This document shows, one piece after another, positions 12,527 through 25,384 of a stretch of 64,000 nt of DNA. This DNA is from Octopus sinensis (lineage: Eukaryota), in contig NC_042999.1 in NCBI RefSeq assembly GCF_006345805.1, positions 10,974,001 to 11,038,000 of the forward strand. Reading direction: 5' to 3'. Position 1 is the stretch's first letter, and the number at the start of each line of letters is the position of its first letter. The position numbers and the translations under genes were made by a program. The notes under the pieces are model-generated. The model saw only the letters and a program-made list of their open reading frames with translations. It did no database searches and was not told the origin of the DNA.

Positions 12527-14063
12527 TTCTAGTTTTAAAGTGATCCAAATTAAAGCATCCATCAAAATTTCAGGTCAGTTTATGTTCCAAACACCACCAG
12601 CTTGATGATAGCAAAGTTATTTTCAAAATTGATTGAAATAAAGGCAATGTATTTCAATAGAAAGATGGTAACAAAAGGATTAAGGTGTAAAACAATCTGC
12701 ACAAGGAGACCTTTTTTTATTTTGGACACACACACACACACACAGGGGAAGGGCAGTACCCAAAAACTATTTCATGGTCTCTGACAAGTGGGAAAAGTTA
12801 TTCTCAACTGAAAACTTGGTTGTATGGCTTTCACTATTGGCATCCAAAGACCAGATGTTACTAAAGATATGGTTAAAGCAGATACAGAGGACAAAAGTGA
12901 GATAAGTTCTGACATAGATTCAGGTGAGAGAAATAAACAGAAATGATAAAATATGTCTATATTAACCATAAAAGGTTAAGATTTACTAAGTTTCAACTGC
13001 CAATATTTTGTTACATAGAAATAGACAATAATAATTGTGAAACCATATTAACCGTGTGGTCTAAACAACACTTTTTATTTCGAGGGGAGGGGCTAATATA
13101 CTATTTGTTCAACTTAATACAGTGTGAAGCTGAAAAACCTCCCATATTTTATACAGCCATTGGAGAAGTTAAGCAGGTGGTAGTAGTGTCTTTATGTAGC
13201 AAATGTTTTTAACATTTTTTGTTGTTATTTTTATTCTTTAAGCTTCTTTTTTAAGTAACCATAGTGATATAAAGTGTTGCATACCATGTGTTTGCTTTTG
13301 AAGAATTTGTCAAATGTAAAAAGTTTCTTTGCTGGATCCTATTTGAAACCAATCAAATCCCAGCATGTAATCGATCCCAAATTTAGTTGTGTTTCATTGG
13401 GTGAAAGTATCCTGTCTTACTGGATATATATCTCTCAGTTATAATTAAGAAGAACATAAAATTACCCTATGAAGATGATTCATAGTAACGAGCTACAAAT
13501 GCATTAAAGAGATTTTCAAGAAATATTTAATGAGAAATATAAATCTAAAGAAATCAAAAAGTCAAATTTGCTTCAGATGGTTACCTTGTATAAAGGTAAG
13601 CCATAAGATGTGGAAACATGTCCAACAATGGGCAAATATTAGCTTACTTGGAAACAAGTGACTGTTGGTAGCAAGAAGGGCATCCAACCATAGAAAAAAA
13701 ATCTGCTTCAATGAATTTCATCTGATCCATACAAGCATGGAATTTCATGTTAGAATGTTGAAACAATGATGATGAAACATATATGTTCTTATTGACTTAT
13801 ATATATATATATATATCGCTATATCAAAAATCAATTAAATATATACTTTTAAAATGGCAGATTTCAAAATCTTCAAAAACCATAGCTGGAAAATTATTTT
13901 ATATATATATAAAAAAAAAAGGAAACATATATAAGAAAATACTTCTAAGATGTTTATCATGACAATAGAAGCAGCTTAAAATTTAAATATATCCAAATAT
14001 AGTTTTACAGTTCAGCTGCTAAACACTTTTACTTCTGCAATTCTGTCATATTCTATGATCAAG

Positions 14064-14094
<31 letters not shown>

Positions 14095-15607
14095 TGTGCA
14101 TGCGTGTGCGTGTGTATGTGTGTGTGTACACATACACACATGTAATAGATTCTGTCACATTATCTGGGGAATGAAACAACTGCTTGGCTGAATATTGCGA
14201 AGAAAAGAAAAAGAAAAAAAGTAGGTAATTTTTTTTAAAAATTGAATTCTAACTGACAAGTTTCATATCTGAACTGAGAATTGTACACAAATGAAGGCAA
14301 ACATTCACTGAAAAAGGTCATCAAGTTGACACTACGATCAGCATCAGATTAAAAGCAAAGTTTTACACTGGTTTAAATTAGACAAGCATTTTTATCAATG
14401 AAAATTATGCTGTTGTTGTTGTTGTTGTTGTTGTTGAAGCCTGCTTTATCAAAATATAACACCTGATGTTCTTAGTCATGACACCATTATTGGAAAGATT
14501 ATCACTTCTCTCTGTCCCCCCCCACCACCTCACTTTTTTTTTACTCTCACACTATAATCTTTCAGATTGTCACATTTTTTTCGTTTTTTTTTTTTCTCTT
14601 ACTAACTCAACCACTTGTCTTGGAAAATTTCATGACAGCTCTCTGATTGGTTTCACTCTCACATAGGAAACAACACTAAAGTGGCTTCCGTTTTTCTTTC
14701 ACTCTTTCAGAAATCATTGGAAATGTTATCCAGTAGCACTGCCTTGATCTAATCCTATCAGAATTTCCAAACAATAAATGGAATGTCTCCTAACAAGTTC
14801 AATAATGAGTTCACTCATACCCAATAATAATCTGTCTATATGTCATTACCAACTGTTCTAACTATTTACATTACATTCACTACGTTTTAAGTAGATAAAA
14901 CTTCAGATTTTGGAACAACAAAACAAGATTAACGTTTGTTCCCAGCTGCCAGATAAGATTTCAGTAAAATATTGTTCTTTACAGCGTATCATAAGTAATA
15001 GAAACACAACAAAAACAAAACATGATATAAAATGAACCAGATAAAGTGATAAAAACTATAATTACAGATTGATACAAATGTATGAAACACATGGTCACAT
15101 ACATACACGGGTGTATTCTGTACTTTGAAGCAAAGTATTGTTGTGGTTAATGCTTTCCATTTTATAACTTAGCGTTTATGTCCAGTGGTGATGTCTTGGG
15201 CAAGTTCTGTGCATGTGAGACTTCTCCCGCACTCTCTATATATAAAATGACTTGGGAGGGCCACCATTAAGTAGATTACTGGAACTTTCACTACTATGAC
15301 TGAGATAAATACGAGTGTGGTTGCCTTCCATAGGCAGATGGGATTTGAACTCAGAACATAGCGAGCCAGAAGATATACTGTAAGGCATCTCTGTCATCAG
15401 CTGCACCAACAACAGTTTGTTCTGTCACTACCACCAAGGCAAAAAAAACCCCACAGCACTAGCCAAACACATTTGGAAATCAAAGAATGTAAGAGCAAAC
15501 ATGAACACCACATGAGCAATTATAGAAAGAGCACCCACATTTAGAAATGATCTGAGTTTTCTGAGTTTTCTGTCACTCAGAAAGACTCCTCATCATTTAT
15601 CTCCTAC

Positions 15608-15631
15608 CTTTGAGTATGCATCACTCAAATT
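15608..15631 (-). CDS. Candidate 24-nt microexon (NLSDAYSK)
   Basis: Strong acceptor ctgatttttgtttag and donor AAG|gtagga. Only frame 0 is open. Confidence 0.45.
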
Positions 15632-16744
15632 CTAAACAAAAATCAGATATCATCTCAATTTGCCAACATACAGTTTCTGCCGATTAACTTCTAGACAAAA
15701 CTATTTAATACTTAATGTAGATACATCATCAACTGCATGATGAGTCAAAGGCTTTCAACACTTAAATATCCAAACAAACATTTTATTATTTTAGACTTGC
15801 CTGATGAGTTCAGTTAACTGTAAAGTGGATTGCATGAAACTTTTATGTAAGAGAAAATAGTCACATGCAATTGTATGGGTGTGGTTAATGAACATGAATT
15901 CAAACCTTGCTGCCTGAAAGGTCCAATTATTATGTAATATTTACAATATAATACTTTGTAATAACATCTAATATTTTCAGACAATTTACCTCACCTTTAG
16001 AAGGGAAACCGTTTTGATTTTGGCTTATTTCTGATCATTATAAGGTATCTTATTCTTACATCTGAATATTGTAATACTCTGGATTCAACTAGCATCAGTG
16101 ACACAGTTGATAAGAGAGTTACTAGTATTAGTTTTTAAATATCAGACTATAGCTTGAATCCAGTCAATGTGTATATGTATGTGTGTGTATGTATGTTTGC
16201 TTACATTAGGGTGTCTCCAAAAATCGTAATCTACAAGCAGTGATGTTGTTTCTCCCATCAACAAATTTTCCATTGGCTGTACAGCTTCAGTGGCATATGA
16301 AATAAGAGCTCCTTTACTTAAAAATTAGGTAAGAGTTAGCAACAAGAAGAGCATTAAGCTTTAAAAAATGCTGCAATATAAACATCTAACTCATGCTAGC
16401 ATGAAAAAATGGACGTTAAACCAACCAAATATATATATTTCCGGTTATAGCCTTGGATCAACTCAAGACTTGCAAGTGTAATTGGCTGAATGGAAATTGT
16501 GTGAGTGCCTATCATATATGAACTGTACCTGTAACTCGAAAGTCCAACATAAGACCAAATGACAAGTCTAGTCTTGTGATACAATGTTGTGTGATAAGTC
16601 CAGTCTTGAGGCACACTCAGCATGATACCATGTTAAGGACTACAAAGATCTGTGGACTATTCAGTCATTTAGATTATAATCTAAGCTGGTTATAATTAAA
16701 CCACTAGACTTGTCACTCGGTGAAACTGATGGGAAATATATATA

Positions 16745-17635
16745 CAAAGTGGTATCAAAAAGATCCCAGACTATTTCTGTAGTGCACCAACAGATGGCAG
16801 CATATGGTTGCATGTGCAGTGAGAGCTAGCAGTGACCTTCATGAGGCAGTATACTGAGTGACATTGCTGGGTTTACTTCACAAGTTGTGAAATGTGTGTT
16901 TTTGTGATCACTTGTATGCTGTAGTCTGTGATTTTTGTGATGGACAGGAAGTTGGAACAAAGTGTCAATGTGAAATCTTACATAAAACTTGGGAAGTCTG
17001 CTACAGAGATATTGAGCATGCATCAGCAGGTTTATGGCAATGAGGCGATGGATCATACGCAATGCTTTGAGTGGCACTGGTACTTTAAAAAGCATGCCAG
17101 AGCAGCAGCTCAATCAAGAGCATGCTCATGGTTTTCTTCTTTTGACATCCATGGTGTTGTGCATTGCATATTTGTCCACCAGGGCCAGACCATCAATCAA
17201 GAGCTATACCGTGACGTTTTGAAGCACTTGATAGAGGATATTTGATGAAACCAACCGGATCTATAGAGCGCAAAGAATTGGATTTTCTCACTGAGCTTCC
17301 CTCACTTATGAGTTTCTCACCAAAAACAACATGGTATCGCTTCTGCACCCACGTATTCATCAGATTTAGCACCTGCAGACTTCCATCTCTTCTCCAAGAT
17401 AAAAATGCAGCTCAAAGGTCACCATTTTAACACTGCTGTCAAGATCAAGAGCAAATTGCTGGTTTTCAACTCACTTAAGGAAACCCACTTGCAGGCCAGA
17501 TTCCACAAGGAGCACACTAGGATCGGTGTATTGCAGTGCAAAGTGATTATTTTGAAGGAGACAATGTTAAAACTTAAGTAAAAAGTTATCTTTTATAAAA
17601 AAAAACTAGTTCAGAAATTTTTTGATACCACCTCA
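16745..17635 (+). mobile_element. Internally deleted, decayed mariner transposon
   Basis: TA at both ends; TIRs share the core gtggtatcaaaaa (19/28 overall). HTH remnant MDRKLEQ..KLGKSATE..YGNEAM..QCFEWH, then DIHGVVH..QGQTINQELY, then a decayed PY-SPDLAPADF region. Confidence 0.88.
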
Positions 17636-18719
17636 TATACACACAAACACACACAGAGAAAGATAAAGGCATATTTTCAAGGCATAAAAATACACGTTCA
17701 TCATCACAGGATCCACTTTCCATGCTTGCATGTGTCACAATTCCCTGAGGTAGATTTTCTACAGAAAGATACTCATTCTCTTGCCAACCTTCAATCGTTT
17801 CCAAGCAAAGCAATATTTTCTTGTGAGCAGATTTGTCTAGCAAATCCACTCCCAAAGCTTTGGTTGGCCATGGCTATAGTAGAAAGACATTTGCCCAAGA
17901 AGCTTCACAGTGAGAATGAACCTGAAACTATGTGGTTTAGTAAGTGAACTTCTTAACCACAAAGCAATATCTGCACCAAATGTAAATATTAGTTTATGCA
18001 ATGAAGAGAGGGCATGTCATGAACAATAATGCTATTATTAATATATAAGGTCCTGCAAACATGTAACAGACATACATGTGTAGAGAGTTGATTGATGAAA
18101 TGTAATGAGCAGCATTACACAGTGTGTAAATGAATAGAGGTGTATAATGTAAACTTACAGGTGTGTTTGTAGTGAACATGTTTTTAGCTTCAACCATGAA
18201 AAGCAGATATTGAGATCAGAAAAAAAAAAGAGATATATATAGTAACTTCTTTTAATAGTTAAGGTTTAAAATATTTTTACACTAGGCATACTCATCTCTC
18301 CTCTCTTGTTCTCTATGTAAATGTGTGAAGAAAATTCAAGTGGTGGGTCTGTACGTATATTTAGTAACTATATCATTAATTCCATATTATGTTTTCATGT
18401 CAATATCTGTGTGGGTGTTAATCCAAAGAAGCTTACTCGTAGTCAGTAGAAATGAAGGAAGATGGGTTTCACATAAGTTGAATGGAATACTAACTACAAA
18501 TAATTACACAAACAAGCACAAAATCACAAAAAGGATGACCATCCTCATAACAAAAAAAAAATATCTGTAATGATACCTAATAAGCTCAGCAAAACTGTAA
18601 TTAAGGAATTTAGTATCTAATGCTTAGCAACCAAATTCCTAACAAAATATAATTCCCAAGCAATCAGACTTATTAACATAAACTTTCAGAGCTACAAAAT
18701 TTAGAAAATAAAAAATGAT

Positions 18720-18980
18720 TCATCATCATCATCATTTAGTGTCCGTTTTCCATGCTAGCATGGGTTGGATGGTTCAACTGGGGTCTGTGAAGCCAGAAGG
18801 CTGCATCAGGCCCAGTCTGATCTGGCAGTGTTTCTACGGCTGGATGCCCTTCCTAACGCCAACCACTCCGCGAGTGTAGTGGGTGCTTTTTACGTGCCAC
18901 CGGCACAGGTGCCAGACAAGGCTGGCAAACAGCCATGAACGGATGGTGCTTTTACGTGCTACCGGCACGGGGGCCAGGCG
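18720..18980 (-). mobile_element. SINE family A
   Basis: High identity to the other family A copies, with a (CAT)n tail at 18720. Confidence 0.9.
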
Positions 18981-20009
18981 ATTCCGTTAACAGAACTTCC
19001 CATCTAAAGCATTGTTTGTTTGTTTTTATGGTCAGGCTAAAGTAGTTGTACCTATGGCTTTTACAACCACTCTCGGATATTAGAGAGAGTGGTTAGTTAA
19101 CATTTGTGGACAATCTTAAATAAATGACTGCAGGAAAAATATGCATGAAAAGGAATTTTACCAGATCAGCATTCTGGGGTAGAAGGACTGGGTTAGTTGT
19201 CAGTGAGGACATAATATGGTTGATATGAGGAGGAGAATTAGAAGTGCCTGAAAGGACATGGTATGAGAGCAGCCAGTTCCAAAGAATAAGGGCTACAGAG
19301 AGGGAGGGGAGATAGCATATCTGTGGACAAGAGATTGAAGTACTTTTTGTCATTGAAAAATTTATGAATGAAAAAATAATCAAAATATACGTTAGTCAAT
19401 TTGACAATGGTTGTTGACACATTTCATTGACAATATCTTAATATTCATAGAGAAAAAATGTTAATGAGGTCTTGTGAAGATAAAACAGTTTATAACTAGA
19501 AATGTGACACAAGCTTCATGAAGATCCAGTCTTTGGTGACATGACAAGGTTAGAAACTGTAAGAAATCTCACAAGTTCACCAAGAATTCTAAGAGTATAA
19601 AACCCTGGAATCTAAATATAACTGGCAAAGTTTCATATCAGCAACAATTGGCCCAAAGAAGAGTTCATCAAAAGTTGATGACTATGTGGAGGGTAAAGTC
19701 TGATATTTTGGGTCCTTGCCCTTCAATGGAATGTAATAAAAAAACAGCTATTATTGGCATAGACATAGTCAGATTACTAAAATAATCTGCTCAGCCACAA
19801 AGCTGTTAAAAATTGCAGTCAAAACTGGCTCAAATCATATACTAACACCTTTAAAAAAAAGGCTAATATAGTCCTAGATACACTTTGACTAAATAAGAGA
19901 CAAAATGGTCATGATTAAAAGAAATACCATAAGTCTACTCAATCAAAGCTAACTTAATGACTAACAACTTCAAGAATGCTGGTTTAGGTAAAATAGAAAA
20001 AAAAAGCAT

Positions 20010-20592
20010 TGTAGTGATCCTATACAACGGTGTGCGCTCACGCACCGTCCATTTGTATTTCGCGCGTGCGGAGTTGGTGCTTTCACCACCAGAAGAAGAA
20101 CCCTTTTGCCTACGTAGCAGTTAGCCGAGGCAAGGGGATAGTAAGACGTTGACCACCAGCGTCCAGCAAGCAGCGACTTGAGACAGCAGCGACTTGAGAC
20201 AGCAGCGACTGAAGGCGACGGTCACGTATATTTTCTCTCCGTCTGAACTTGATTCTAGCAGCACCTTACCAAAAGGCCTTTAACCAAATTGTTGCAGACC
20301 AACATCGTCTCCATTGTTCGCCGCCATCTTTGACCAGTGTCGTTTTGCATTTGAACACTTTCTTATTTTACAGAGATAAGGTTCAGCACGACACATTTAT
20401 ACCAAAGGGATACCAGATAACCACTTATTGTTACTGTTACCACATTAGAGAATAAAGTAGTATATATATCTTTTACGTCTGCGTCTTGTTGTTTCTGACT
20501 GGTAGAGAATCTGGATTTTAGAGCAACGGATAGTGATTGCTTTCTTGTACCCCGAAAGTACAAGAGAAGATATTAACACTAAGTTCGTTACA
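20010..20592 (+). mobile_element. Solo LTR (583 bp), probably Ty3/Gypsy
   Basis: Begins TGTA and ends TACA. 4-bp TSD gcat at 20006-20009 and 20593-20596. AATAAA at 20451. CpG-rich. Internal 16-bp tandem cagcagcgacttgaga. Confidence 0.85.
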
Positions 20593-21136
20593 GCATTTTT
20601 TCTTACAGAGCCATGAGGCATCAAATGTGTAGAGTGAAAGAAAATTAAACTATGTGATATTCATGTCTTTGCTACAAGCCTTAGCAACAAAATGAAGTGA
20701 CATACATCATACTGTTACAAAGCACCTACTGCAAAAGTTTATATCAAATATTCTAAATTAAGAGTTGGAAGCAGGGCATTGTCATCAATTTTAAATACAA
20801 TTTCCATGCTTGCACAGTTCAAGCCATCACATACTATAAAATGTGTCTTTTTTAAATTAATAAAACAAGAATAAATCCAGAAGTACTAAAACTAAAATAG
20901 TTTACTGCAAGACATTTTTTTTCTCTGCATGCAATATAAATAGTGGCAACATTTTAAAACTATGGGAATTGTAGTGTGGTGGGAAAACACTTGGTGATAG
21001 TAATTGTTTATTTTGTTCACCTAAGCATTTTAGGTAGATTTCATTTTTTTTTACACCAATAACTAGTTTACTGTTGAGCCAAGACAAAATAGCGTGAGAT
21101 ATTTTTTAAAAGTGAACTTCCTTCTTCAACACATAC

Positions 21137-21189
21137 TGATAGTAACAAGCTATGGCCATGTCAATGACAGCTTTGTATTTTACTATTCT
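21137..21189 (-). CDS. Candidate exon (RIVKYKAVIDMAIACYY)
   Basis: Acceptor tttaaaattctacag, donor CA|gtatgt, single open frame. Its phase does not join directly to the 23572-23649 candidate. Confidence 0.3.
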
Positions 21190-21263
21190 CTGTAGAATTT
21201 TAAAGATATTTGAAAATATAACTACTGTTGGCATTGTTTATTGTTCTGTGTCTAACAAAAGTT

Positions 21264-21303
<40 letters not shown>

Positions 21304-21320
21304 AACTTTTGTTAGACAAA

Positions 21321-21360
<40 letters not shown>

Positions 21361-21362
<2 letters not shown>

Positions 21363-21606
21363 CGGTGACACATAAAAGCACCAACTGATCGTGGACGTTT
21401 GCCAGCCTGCTCTGGCCCTGTGCTGGTGGCACATAAAAATCACCCACTACACTCATGGAGTGGTTGGCGTTACGAAGGGCATCCAGCTGTAGAAACACTG
21501 CCAAATCAAACTAGAGCCTGGTGCAGCCTCCATGGCTTACCAGACCCCAGTCAAACCGTCCAAGCCATGCTAGCATGGAAAACAGACGTTAAATGATGAT
21601 GATGAT
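21361..21606 (+). mobile_element. SINE family A
   Basis: Family A core with a (GAT)n tail. Confidence 0.88.
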
Positions 21607-21918
21607 ATATATATATATATACATATCTCAAGCAATGTTGTTATTTAGATATTTCATGATTGGTGTGATGTTATTTGGAAGATTACCGTGATAGTTGCAT
21701 TGGGTTGTTGATTTTGATATCCTGATATATATGTAGAACTATCAAGCGAAGTCTTGTGCAACCACATGAAAATCATGAGATGAGAGATGAACAAGCTGGC
21801 AGCCATAAAAGGGGTGATACCACTACGCATGTGGAAGATGATGCTAGGAACTGTACAGCATGGCCCTTAGAAGTGAGCTGTATAACTTGAAGTTACGAAC
21901 ATTCAATATAGTTTCTAA

Positions 21919-23000
21919 ATGAGTGAAACACAATATATGGCAATGAGGATGACATCCGGAAAACATTTAAACTTGAACAACTTGGAAGAAGCTAACGCCT
22001 GGCTGATACAGCTCAAAGCAAAAACTGAATGCGACAATGTTGAACATGTCAAAAAGAAGTCGACACTGCTTTCTACCTGTGGAGTTGAAGCCATAATGAA
22101 GTTAAAAGATATTCTTTTCCTGGTAAGTCTTCAGAACGCAACATACCAATAAATAATGAATGCATTGCAACAACTAATAAAGCTGAAGGAGAGACTGTTA
22201 ATTGCAGACCAATTAAAATTATTGGAACTAAAGGAACTGGAAGATGAGTCAATCAACAACTTTCTTCTTAGGATTAATTCTCAAGCTTCTTTCTGTCATT
22301 TGAATAGGAATATACAATTACAAGTATGTTACCAATGTTTGGAACATATGCCAAATCCATATGCACATGATCCCAGGGCCCAGAAATAGACCATGAATCA
22401 TTTGCCTTTACTAAATTTGGCCTAACTCTCTGGTAACTATCACAAGATTAGACAAACTTCTCCACCAAGTAAGCCAGCCCAGGCCACCAAACACAGAGTC
22501 GTGCCTTCTTAATTGTTTGTTGAATGCCCATGTGTGTGTCGTGTATTTTAGCTAATACTGTAGCTCTATAAGGTGCTGGAATAAACAGACGAATTTTATG
22601 ATACCTTAAGCCATTTTTTTATGTTAGAAAATCCTTCTCTTTAACGAATGCACTGTTCCAGATTCGAGACCAATCTCCAATTTTGCTGTAAAATACTTTC
22701 TTTTATTTTGTTATATAATATTGTTTGCATGAATCAAAGTATTCTTGTGTCCTAATCACTCGACTGAGGCAGGAAAAAGCAAGCTGCTTGAAGTCTTTGC
22801 TTGTTCTGGTGTGCCCACAGCTTTAGTATCGGACAAAGGGCCTGAATTTGTTGTGTTAAAGAATATGTTGTTGTCAATGGGTTGCAAAAAAAATTGAGAC
22901 ACCTGCTTACAATCCGGTTTTTAACACTGCTACTGAAAGGGCCATACAAACTGTGAAAGTTGCACTGAAGACGGGGAATTTCAGCATCTACTTGAACCAA
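21919..23000 (+). mobile_element. Ty3/Gypsy LTR-retrotransposon relic (gag, deletion, inverted integrase N-part, integrase core)
   Basis: Plus 21919-22300: gag-like LLSTCGVEA...IADQLK...ESINNFLLRINSQASFC. Minus ~22728-22301: RLFIPAPYRATVLAKIHDTHMGIQQTIKKARLCVWWPGL...PWDHVHMDLA. Plus ~22735-22960: LLEVFACSGVPTALVSDKGPEF...TPAYNP..TERAIQTVK. Confidence 0.88.
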
Positions 23001-23571
23001 ATTCTGTTCCACCATTATCACTGGCCAAAAAGTTAATGAAAAGGCCATATTAAAAGTAGTAAAATTAAAAAAGTAAAATGAATTTGGTATATCCGATGCT
23101 TGCAGAAAACATGGGAAAAGAACATTTTATTTTCTATTATGATACTTTAAATAATCTAAGGAGAACTTACAAATTAAATTATATGTATACATACAGATCT
23201 ATGTAATCCTCACATTGTGTTAAGTTACATAAACCGTTATACATATGATTTTAATAGACAAAAGTGAATTATTTTGTAGGTTATTATTATTATTATTATA
23301 GCAAAAAGTTTCAATGCCACCACTCCTGTTATTAGGAATGTCATCCAACAACTAATACATTTGTTTCAAGGAAATTAACCATTCAAGCGTGGGAAAACTG
23401 GAACATTAAATCAGCAACGACAATAAATTGTCTAAAATAATCTAATTAAAACAAGAATCACATAAAAAACCTATTATTTCTTTACATTCCACATCATTCA
23501 TGTTCTAAACTAGTTTTTTTACTCATGCCACTATTATTACTCCTATAACATGAAACACTTTTCATAGTAAC

Positions 23572-23649
23572 CTTTCTTTAGTTTCTCCATCTTGTCACAC
23601 AGTTCAAGTCTCATCTTTGCTTTGTGAACGTGCCAACATTTCATAGTCT
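23572..23649 (-). CDS. Candidate exon (TMKCWHVHKAKMRLELCDKMEKLKK), phase 1-1
   Basis: Acceptor tgaattttcatag, 78 nt, one open frame, in phase with 25089-25178. The donor AAG|gttact is weak. Confidence 0.35.
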
Positions 23650-24098
23650 CTATGAAAATTCAATATTATTCTTTGATCAAATAACCTCCCAGGAAAGCTT
23701 TTTTTTTTTTTTCATCTACATTTCTTCAATCGATTGATCTTCAAATGATAAATGCAATGCAAGTTCCTCAGATAATATTGATTAATTTATTAACCGTTTT
23801 AGATAGTTACAAACAAGTCCAATAATTTTCTTTTAAACCATTTCATTTCAGAATAGCCCCATGGTCAATAGTTTAAATCCAGAAATGTTTCCAAGTTGTA
23901 CAAGAATTTTTCTGATTGATTTCTGTTGAATATGGAATATTCAATGGAATGTTATATAAGAGAACCATTGAACTTTGATGGACAAACAAATTAATAGAAC
24001 AATGAAATCCTGCTACTCCACTTTGTATGTGATGATTGGTATTAATTAATACAGGGAAAAAATTAAACACTAACTAGAATATGTAGTTGTAATTCTAA

Positions 24099-24099
<1 letters not shown>

Positions 24100-24191
<92 letters not shown>
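24100..24191. repeat. (TG)n(GA)n compound microsatellite
   Basis: Read directly from the sequence. Confidence 0.95.
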
Positions 24192-24192
<1 letters not shown>

Positions 24193-25088
24193 ACAAACAC
24201 ACACATTCTTTCTTGAAATATAAACCAGAAAATAAAACAGTAATCCAGAGTTATTTTGTTTTTGTTACAATTATTCTATCAAAGCAAAGTAAAACATACT
24301 TTCCTACAATTATGATGGTGTTAGCAATAATGGAGATAATGAATATATATAATAAATAGATACATAGAGAGAGAGAGAGAGAGAGAGAGAGCACATGATC
24401 ATGTGTAGAGCTCCAACATTGTTAATTTAAGTGACACAAGAAGAGTTTTCAGCTAAACAAGTAGAAAAGGCAATTGAATTAATTGAATTATATAAAATAT
24501 TTCCTCTTCTTGTCTTTTTTTTTATACACTGACATTTAGACAAACAAAAATGAGTAAACAGCTGACATCTATAGACTAATTGACTAACACACTATAATGA
24601 TGCAGTGTAGATCTTCAGTACAAACTCATGGCAGTTCATATCCATAGGTTCAAGCACAGCTGTGTGGTGAAAAAGTTTGCTTGCCAACCACGTGGTTTCG
24701 CTGTATGGCACCTTGGGTATGTCTTCTCCTATAGACCCAGCTTGATCAAAACCTTGCGACCAGATTTGGCAAACAGAACCTGAAAGAAGTCTGACATAGA
24801 TGTGTGCACATCCCATAGTTTTGATATTTATTGCACAGTAGTTGTAAGCAAGCAGTGTTTGTTGCCAACCTTCTGTGCAAAAATGTCCATTATAGGGAAA
24901 TATTACATTGCTTGGAAACAGATGACAGGAAGGGCATCCAGCCATAGAAATTCTGTTTCAGTGAATTCCATCTGGCCAATGTAAGCATGAAAAAGTTAAC
25001 CTTACAACAATGATGAAAGAATATAAACAGATGGAATTGTGGCATTAGATAGGACAAGGGAGGTGAACAATACTTGTATTTTTCTTAC

Positions 25089-25178
25089 GCTGAAACTGTA
25101 ATATTGATAGAAAGAGCTCATGCCTTCTTTGAGCTACTCTGAGTTGATGTTTATAAGCAAAATGTGAGAAGCGAAGTT
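25089..25178 (-). CDS. Candidate exon (LRFSHFAYKHQLRVAQRRHELFLSILQFQ), phase 1-1
   Basis: Acceptor tttacataatcctag, donor AGC|gtaaga, 90 nt, open frame. Confidence 0.45.
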
Positions 25179-25297
25179 CTAGGATTATGTAAAGTATTTA
25201 ATACAGTAGAATTGGGGGAAGATAACAGAGAATTATGAAACTTTAGAAGAGTAGAAACAGCTGCAAATGTAACAAAAGAAAGCAAAGAGAAAATTAC

Positions 25298-25384
25298 TTG
25301 TTTGTAATTTTATAGTGTTAATAAAAGAAGGTTTGCCTAACAAGAAACTGGATGTTCTTTTGGGTGAGGTCCAGAATATGCAAA
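25298..25384 (-). CDS. Candidate exon (CIFWTSPKRTSSFLLGKPSFINTIKLQT), phase 1-1
   Basis: Strong acceptor ctatttctcttgcattcag, donor CAA|gtaatt, 87 nt, 119-nt intron to the next candidate. Confidence 0.4.

Noticed and set aside
15801-15817. 17-nt minus-strand microexon with GC donor (CAG|gcaagt)
   Set aside because: It would put the 15608-15631 exon into a frame with a stop. It overlaps the hammerhead-like core, which is an alternative explanation.
15731-15820. C/D snoRNA-like boxes (ATGATGA...CTGA)
   Set aside because: Terminal stem spacing is non-canonical, there is no recognisable rRNA guide, and it is antisense to the inferred host gene.
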